Assembly: GCA_963693365.1 (NCBI GenBank)
Contig: CAVNZM010000006.1
Span: 5,745,264-5,809,263 of the forward strand
Length of the DNA: 64,000 bases
Source: Amoebidium appalachense
Lineage: Eukaryota > Protista > Ichthyosporea
Reading direction: 5' to 3'
In this document: positions 56,007 to 64,000 of the stretch, one piece after another
Layout of the letters: every line of letters starts with the position of its first letter
How positions within the stretch are numbered: position 1 is the first letter of the stretch
Position numbers and translations under genes: made by a program
The notes under the pieces: generated by a model
Seen by the model: only the letters and a program-made list of their open reading frames with translations
The model's database searches: none
What the model was told of the DNA's origin: nothing

Positions 56007-56835
56007 ATATGTGCTTTTTTGGGGGGGGGAGTGGATGATTGTTTCGTGTGGTCGATAAGGTTTGATGTTGGTGTAATGGTGGGTGGGGGGTTGGGTAGGT
56101 TGATAGGTGGGTAAGGGCATGAGTGGTGGGTGGGTGGGTGGGTGGGTGGGTGGGGGGGGGGGGGGGGGGGGGGGAGGGGGGCTTATGGGGGGGGGGGGAT
56201 GTCGGTAGCGGTGGTTCTGGTTGCTAAACAAGTATATAGTGTGTGTCAGTGTCCGTGTGCGTGTGCGTGTGCGTGTGCGTGTGCGTGTGTGTGTGTGTGT
56301 GCATGTGTGTGTACGCGTACGTGTGCGCATAGGTTGAAGGGAAACAACATGACACCACACATCCAAAGTGCACAAATCAGCCCAGTTTTCAAGCACAACG
56401 AAAATAAAAGAGGGACGGAAAGCCAGAAAAGACCCACCTTGACTCGCGCCCAAGCGGGGAAGCCGGGCTTGTTGGCGAATCTGGAGGTGTGACTCCGTCG
56501 GTTGATTCGGGTCCCTCCTCATCTTTTGTGAAAACATCGTCCAGGGCTGGCGGCTTTCCCTTCCATGACCCCCAACCCCCCGAATGACGAGAGCGTGTAG
56601 GTGAGGTGGGAGAATGTAGTTGCTCCTCTTCGCTCCCTGAATTTGGGCTCGATGGGGCGTCGTGTTGACTTTTTGACTCGCTCCTTCCCAACCGAAACTT
56701 GAGGGATTTTGCTCTCATTGCCGTACTTAGAATGCTTTTGCTTTTTCTGACGCTGTTTGGACTTCCTAATGGGCTCCCACCGGTTGGAGACGACCCCAAG
56801 GGGCTTTCTTCCGATCCGTTATGTTGTTGATCCAT
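52462..56835 (-). CDS. Ser/Pro-rich disordered protein with a C-terminal ubiquitin-like (Par3/HAL N-terminal-like) domain, 326 aa
   Basis: Exons 56835-56438, 55433-55124 and 52734-52462 join in frame with GT-AG. Many SP sites. The C-terminus [34 protein letters not shown]...[20 protein letters not shown] has a beta-grasp pattern; the domain name is inference. Confidence 0.75.
54565..54815. repeat. 58-bp intronic minisatellite, ~4.3 copies
   Basis: GGACGTGTTCGGGTTATACTGTGTGCATGCGTGCATGT(G/T)TAAGCTACTGTTTCGTAAA starting at 54565, 54623, 54681, 54739 and 54797. Confidence 0.9.
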
Positions 56836-56884
56836 GGTAGATGAGGCGTGTGTTCGGGTGTGGTGTGCACTCTTTCATGTGTGC

Positions 56885-56987
<103 letters not shown>

Positions 56988-57881
56988 GTGCCTGTGTCTG
57001 TGTGTTTGTGCGTGCGTGCATGCGCGTATGTGTGTGTTTGTGTCTCTGTGCGTGTTTGTGTTTCACGGTATGTGTGTGTGTGTATGTTTGTGTGTATGTC
57101 ACCATTTACCTACACACTTGCGTGTACGTGTATGCCAATTGTGTTGTACATGTACGAATAGCCTGTGATAACTGCAGAAGAATAGCGGTGTAAATAGAAA
57201 CCTTCTACCCCTGGGTGGAAAGAACCTAAACCTTGCGCTAAAAATGACCAGGGGAAGGCACCAACGTGGAATATAGGTGCCAATTTAATCTCAAAAGCCG
57301 TGCATATGTTTTAAAGACTCAACATAGATGGCTGATAGGTAAAAAGATCCAGATCCCAGATCTTCTACTGCTGCACGTATGCCAACAAAGAACAGTGTTC
57401 CTTTATGACAGCTAGATGAAGCAGGCTTATTTTTTTTAAAAAAATAGACTGAGAGAAATCAAAGGCTTATTAATGTAGCGCTCGTTTAAAGAGCTGCAGC
57501 TGGCTTTTGCAAACGTTGCCTACGGGCAACATGCAACATCCGTTAGATCTTTTTAGCAGGGATGTAGCGATTTGCGACAGTCATGCCTTCTAATAAAGAA
57601 AAATATAGAGCCTGTACTAAGCTGCTTGTTCTCCTTTCGACTATAGCTGTTATATAAAGTAATGATCACACCTCATTTCATGCGTTCACCCCAGTCACCA
57701 AAACATCACCCACGTTTTAGTAAAACGGTTTTGGGCGTGACTCCTGTTGAAAGTTGGAGCAGCCTGATGCACCACAAGCACCGTTTGATTGGCGGATAGG
57801 GCTGATTACACCCGATATGGGATAACACTTACTAAATATGGCAGGTAATTTAAATTTGGCTCCCAGCTCCCAACGAACGCT

Positions 57882-59036
57882 TTCTTCCCCACCGAGGAAA
57901 ACGGTAGAGAGCGGCTGAGGGCCGAGTTTGAGTTTTATTGCCTGCCTTGGCCGGAAGAGCCCGCTCCGTCCGTGATAGATCTTTTGCAGGGACAGTCTGT
58001 GGAGCTCGAGTATGTGGCGGTGGATGTGGGCACACAAGACGACCTGTCACTGCAGATGCGCGTTGCGGGCAACATGCTTCTTACAAATATGAAAGACCTG
58101 GATAGCGGCGACTCGGCAGTGTCCGTATGGGACACGTACACTGGAGAAAGAATGTGTCACTCGTTGAGAGGCCCAGGGAGAGAGACACTTCATGCGATTT
58201 CCATGTCTTCGGACGGAAGTTTGTGGTGGGTGCACACCGGACAACAGACGCAGAAGCCAACATCACTGTTTTCAGAACGCAAGACGGCACTCGCATGACA
58301 AGCATCATCTGCGATGTGCTTCCGCTATTCACTGTCCTTTTCAGCAATAATGACGTTGTTTTGTCTGTTTCAGGCAATCTTAATTACGCTCACCTGTCGG
58401 CTTACAGCTTTTCGACTGGCCAACGTCTATGGACCAAAACCCTCAACGCAGCCTTCCGGCAAATCTACCACTGCGCCAACGAGAAGAATGTTTTTGTCGT
58501 GCATGTGCTCGAGGGAAATGACTGGACAAACGTTCTTTATGTCTATGATACGTCCGGCGCCCAGCTGTATGAAGCCGGCAGTATACCCAATTATTATGGC
58601 GTCAGTTCCGCATACCTTGTCGGCAGTGAGTTACGTGTGGTATCGACCAAGGCTAACGAAAGTGGACAAGGTGCAAGGGACTTTTTCTCGACAGATGGAA
58701 CGGGGGAGGGACGCGGTTGCTGAACGGTTACCACCTGTCCCGATTCCGTCCGTAAACATCCTGGAATGCAATCCAACCTTTAACGGACCCGACCTGGTGT
58801 GCAGGAGGACTGCAACAACCCTTGAAATAATCCAGCTGGCTTTCCCCGACCTCAACCCTGCAGTTGTATCCAAACAGGTTTCCGTTAGGCTGGCCAAGCC
58901 AGAATACTGGGGTGGGATACGCAGCCTCGTTTGTGTTGGGGCCGTGGTTGCAGTTCAGGGACCTGACAGACAGGTGAAGGTATGGACGCCAAAGAAGGAG
59001 GAGCCCGAGAGAAAGCATAGTAAAACGGCAGGTTAA
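57882..59036 (+). pseudogene. 5'-truncated, frameshifted tandem paralog of the BTB/propeller gene
   Basis: Collinear with 60895-62043 from FPTEENGRERLRA onward, split over ORFs 57972-58298, 58127-58723 and 58314-59036 (frameshifts near 58220 and 58685). Lacks exon 1 and most of the BTB domain. Confidence 0.85.
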
Positions 59037-59412
59037 GTTACGGGCTCCCAGTGATTGTGGACATCATGAACCTGTTTTGGTAGCAGTTGGGTGATGCACT
59101 TAAAGGACCATGGTTTGCATGGTGGGTGGGTGCCATGAGACAAGGGTATTACGAATCAAGTGTTCTGCTTGTACATAAAACGACCGTAGATGTATACATA
59201 CACACACCTTGTGGGGTGCTATCCTAATATTAGTGCTCTTTGTGTCTGCTGGTTGTATGCGATATTGTTCTTTTTGTTTGTACATACAGGGATATGTGTA
59301 TCATGGGCAACATCTTAGCTGAGCACCATAATAAGATTAACCCCAAGGCCGAAAAACAAGGGCATTGCGGCGATTTGAATTTGAATGAGGTGAACAGCAA
59401 GCCCGTGTATCA

Positions 59413-59443
<31 letters not shown>

Positions 59444-59510
59444 AGAACACAATACACACACAAACACACAGATGCACACACACACAAACGCACAAACAAA
59501 CGCACACACT

Positions 59511-59607
<97 letters not shown>

Positions 59608-59610
59608 ACT

Positions 59611-59644
<34 letters not shown>

Positions 59645-60184
59645 ACACACAACCTCCCCCCCCCAATCTCCTCTCAGTCCCTCCTACAGTGGCCTATCCT
59701 AAAACACACAGAGAACTAAACCACATAAGGTGAAACTGGCATACCATCGTATTACTGATGATTCAGCAACTTCTATACACCGAGTGGACAATCAACGGAA
59801 CGTAATTAAAAAAAAACACGTGCACGCCGTAGGTGTACAGTGTCCGGACCAACCCAAGTTTCATTCTTCCGACTATACTATCGCCAAAATAGTGCCTTGG
59901 TATGGGCACGCATTTTTATGATCAAAGTTGTCTGTGCATTCTTGAACTCGTTTTTGTTTTTTTAAAAAAAGGATTCGAGTAGAAAGTGCCACGTCTCGTG
60001 TTCTGGTCTATCCCTTTTTGATGCACTTTGACCCAATCATAGAGCGTATTCGTGTCGTACTTACGTAAGCGTACACAGACGACTGACTCGGCCAAGTCCG
60101 ACGGCGGGAGTCGCGAGGCTCAGCAGTGCACACACAGTAGAGTAGCCCAGGTGAAATGCTCCGAATGAGCAAAAGCCCAAGAAA

Positions 60185-60426
60185 ATGGATGATGCAAAGC
60201 TGTTAGCTGACTGCGACGCGCTGCAGCATACAGGTGGGGACGTACTGGCACGCCTGGCTGAGCTTGCAAGAGCGGTTTGTGCACGTGCAAGGGTACTGAA
60301 GGAGGATGAGCAGAAGCTGAAAGAGGAGTGGGCAAGGCTACAGGCAGAAAGGTGCGTGCGCCTCGTGCGTTTGAGTGTGTGTGTGTGTGTAGGGTGGAGG
60401 GGGGGGGGGGGGGGTTTGGGGTAAAG

Positions 60427-60457
<31 letters not shown>

Positions 60458-62043
60458 ATCGAATGAATGGAATAGAGAGAGCATGGGAGAAAGAGAGTAG
60501 AAGCAGAGACGGTTTGATGGTGAGCGTGAGGGAGGGAGGGAGGGAGGGAGGGAAGGAGGGAGAGGAGAGTGAGAGGAGGAGGGAAGTTAAACCAAAGTTT
60601 AAACTTTCTTACACTGTGGTGTTCCTTTTTTCCAGAGAGAAGTTTGCATCCGAGTGTGCATCCGTTCAGCAGCTTAACGCCCAGGCCAGCGATCGTATTG
60701 TCCTGGACGTGGGCGGAAAAGTTTACGCCACCACCCGGGCCACCCTGTGCGCCTTCCCCACATCCATGCTGGCCGCCTGGTTCAGCGGACGCCACGCCAT
60801 CCAGACACGCGACGACGGGAGTGTGTTTATCGATCGTTCGCCGGTGCTGTTTGAGTATGTACTTGACTATTTGAGAACACAAGGCGAGTGCCCACTCTTC
60901 CCCACGGAGGAAAACGGCAGAGAGCGACTGAGGGCCGATTTTGAGTTCTTTTGCCTGCCCTGGCCGGATGAGCCCGCACCATCCGTGCTGGATCTTCTTC
61001 AGGGGGAGCTCGAGTGTGTGACGGTGGATGTGAACACAAAAGCCGAGCTGTCACTGGAGATGTACGTTGCGGCCAACGTGCTTGTTACACATGCGAAAGA
61101 TCTGCATAGCGGCGACGTGGAAGTGTCCGTATGGGACACGTACACCGGAGAAAGGATGCGTGGTTCGTTGAACAGCTCAGCGGAAGAGACACTGCAAGCC
61201 ATATCTGTGTCTTGGGACGGAAAGTTTGTGGTTGGTGCACGCCAGATAACGGACACAGAAGCCAATATCACTGTTCTCAGAACGCAAGACGGCGCTCGTA
61301 TGACTAGCATCACCTGCGATGTGTTACCGGTATCCACTGCCCTTTTCGGCAATAGTGACGTTGTCTTGTCTGCTTCAGGCAATAATGACACTCAACTTTC
61401 GGCCTATAGCGTTTCAACTGGTCGATGTCTATGGACCAAAAACCTGGACGCAGCCTTCTGGCGTATCTACCACTGCGTCAACAACAAGGATGTTTTTGTC
61501 GTGCATGTGCTCGAGGGAGATGACATGACAAACGTTCTTTATGTCTATGATGTGTCCGGCGCCCTGCTGTATGAAGCCGGCGCTATACCCCATGAGTATG
61601 TCTCCATTTCTATACACCTTGTGGGCCAAGAGTTACGTGTGCTAGCGACCAAAGCTAACGAAGGTGGACAAGATATAACGGACTTATATCTCGACAGATG
61701 GAACAGCGAAGGGACACGGTTGCTGAACGGTTGCCACCTGCTCCGGATTCCGCCCGTAAACTTCGAGAAATGCCGTTCAATCTTTAACGGACCCGACACC
61801 GTGTGCAGGTGGGCTGCAACAACCCTTGAAATAATCCAGCTGGCTTTCCCCGACCTCAACTCTGCAATCGTATCCAAGCAGGTATCTGTTAGGCTTGCCG
61901 AGCCTGAATACTGGGGTGGGGTATACAGTCTCGTTTGTCTTGGGTCCGTGGTTGCAGTGCGTGGGCCTGATAGAAGGGTGAAGGTGTGGACGCCAAGGAA
62001 GGAGGAGCCCGAGCGAAAGCGTAGAAAAACGGGCTGCCAGTGA
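60185..62043 (+). CDS. Coiled-coil plus KCTD/T1-type BTB/POZ domain plus beta-propeller-like C-terminus (524 aa)
   Basis: Exons 60185-60351 and 60636-62043. BTB_2 signature IVLDVGGKVYATTRATLCAFPTSMLAAWFSGRH...SVFIDRSPVLFEYVLDYLR...DFEFFCL. Blade-like repeats VSVWDTYTGE, AISVSWDGKFVVG, AYSVSTGRCLWT. Basic C-terminal PERKRRK. Confidence 0.9.
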
Positions 62044-62484
62044 TATTGGACATCATGAATCTGTTTTGGCAGCAGTTGAGGGGTGCACTTAAAGGACCGT
62101 AGTTACATGACCTTGGGGAGTAAGAATCAACTTGTGCTTGTATATAACATGTTCGTAGATGTATACACACACCTTGTGGGGTGCTCAAACTAATATTAGT
62201 ACTCTTTGTGTCCGTTGGTTGTATGCATTACAGTTCTCTTGGTTTGTACATACAGGGCCATGTGCGCCTTCTTTTTTTTTTTGGGGGGGGTCCTTGAGCA
62301 CCGAAATAGTTCAACCCCAAGGCCGGAAAGCAAGGGCAATAAGACAAATTGAAATTGGTGGTGTGAACAGCAAGGCTCAAGAGTGCGAACCCTCTCCCCA
62401 AACACACACACACGCACACAAATACACACAAACACACACGCGCGCGCACATGCTCACACACATGCACGCGAACACACTCACCAT

Positions 62485-62518
<34 letters not shown>

Positions 62519-63108
62519 AACACACACATGCGCACACACAACCCCCCCCCCCTCTCCTCCCCCCTTTCAACCCCTCTTAAAGTGACCTGTCGTAGGATGA
62601 ACAGAGAACTTTACCATCGTATTGCCATGCAGCACGTGCACCTCCTTTTCAACGGTCGACACGCGTCGACGGAAAGTAAAAAGAAAAAACGTACACCTAG
62701 AGGTATCCAAACCACTCCGCATTGTTTTTCCCCCTTCCGAATATAAGCCGCCAATATCGCGCTCCGGTATGGGCATGCATCTTTATGAACAAGTTGCATG
62801 TCTGTGTATGTAGTCTTCACTTGAACTCCATAAGTTTGGTTCATGTTCTGGTTCCAAACAGCGGCCATAAAAGTCGGCATAGATGATGCAATATAGTCCA
62901 ATCATATAGCGTAAAGTTGACATACTTACGCAAGTGTACACAGACCGACTGCTGGTGTTGGTCACTTTGCAAGCCAAGTTGGTGCGGCTACTCTCCAGAC
63001 CCTGTACATGTGTTTTTTTCTAAGGCAAGCCATTTCACGCTGCCAGGTATTAGAAGAAACTTCACTTAGACAGGACAGCACACTGCGAGGCAGTGAGTAA
63101 CCGGCAAC

Positions 63109-63172
63109 ATGGGCATCCTTGAAAGGATCAACGAAATTGAGAAGGAGATGGCCAGAACCCAGAAGAATAAGG
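63109..63172 (+). CDS. DRG2: Developmentally regulated GTP-binding protein 2, exon 1 (gene continues beyond the window)
   Basis: MGILERINEIEKEMARTQKNK(A) then a G|GTGGGT donor. Matches the conserved DRG2/Rbg2 N-terminus MGILEKI.EIEKE.ARTQKNKAT. Confidence 0.88.
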
Positions 63173-63802
63173 GTGGGTGCTAGGATTCAAGGCTTTATTG
63201 TCTCCTGCTTCTCATGTGCGTTGAAAAGGATGGTCGCGCTGTAGCAACGTGACTCAAGGGTCTCATTGAGCAGCCACATATTGAGGGAATTCATGCTTTT
63301 GGCTGCATGTTTGCCTGTACCAGCTTCCCTCTCGTTGTTTGCTGTTTTGGAAACAGTCGCACATCAAGTTTGCCCCTTTTGCATCACTTGTACTGCTTCG
63401 CTCTCAACCATTTTTTCATTTCATCGTACTCCTCTTTTCCGATACCCTTGCAGTGAGCTACCACCAACTTCTCCCCCAACCCTCCCCCCCCCCCCCCCCC
63501 CCCCCCCCTCCCTCTCCCCCGCCTGTCCCTCCCTCCCTCCCTCCCTCCGTTCCTCTTTCCCCCTTCCAGTTCTCCCTTTCCCCCCCCCCCTCCCCCTCTT
63601 CCCCTCATCCCCCCCCCTCCCTCCATTCCTCTTTCCCTCCCTCCAACCCTCTCCCCCCTCTCTTGTGGTTCGTGTATACTTACTCCCTCACCCCTAGCTT
63701 ATTTCCTCTTTCTCAGTCCTGTAATCTGCATACACCCCCTCTCACATGCTCTTTCCTCCCTCCCTCCCTCCCGCCCCAACGCACACACACAACACACACA
63801 TA

Positions 63803-63838
<36 letters not shown>

Positions 63839-63875
63839 CGTGCACACGTACGCACACATGCACAGACACACAGAC

Positions 63876-63919
<44 letters not shown>

Positions 63920-63938
63920 CGCACACACACAACGTGCA

Positions 63939-64000
<62 letters not shown>

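Overview
Eukaryotic, intron-dense genomic DNA. The DRG2 and TTC1 sequences point to an opisthokont, possibly a unicellular holozoan, but that is inference. Introns are filled with ~20-40 nt poly-C/poly-G runs and (CA)n/(GT)n microsatellites, so most ORFs in the supplied track are artefacts. Splicing by hand gives these genes: a partial secreted or membrane protein gene (-, 637 to <1); a ~26-exon QDE-1-type (DYDGD) cellular RNA-dependent RNA polymerase (+, 1626-23467, ~1160 aa); a small secreted Gly/Pro/Tyr-rich protein (-); a universal stress protein (+); TTC1 (+); a Ser/Pro-rich protein with a C-terminal ubiquitin-like domain (-); a KCTD-type BTB plus beta-propeller-like gene, with a tandem pseudogene copy upstream; and exon 1 of DRG2. 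Decayed and mobile content: a decayed TM/coiled-coil gene interrupted by a 2.68 kb THAP-encoding element with perfect 44-bp TIRs, with a 30-bp two-ended remnant of the same element next to it; an intronless, frameshifted Cys-rich glycoprotein gene in a microsatellite-free island; a hAT-like MITE family; and a ~105-bp repeat family followed by poly-C. The most notable signals are the unusual intron architecture (weak donors, C-runs, (CA)n in place of the polypyrimidine tract, strand asymmetry), the THAP element with its footprint, the poly-C-associated repeat family and the RdRP itself.
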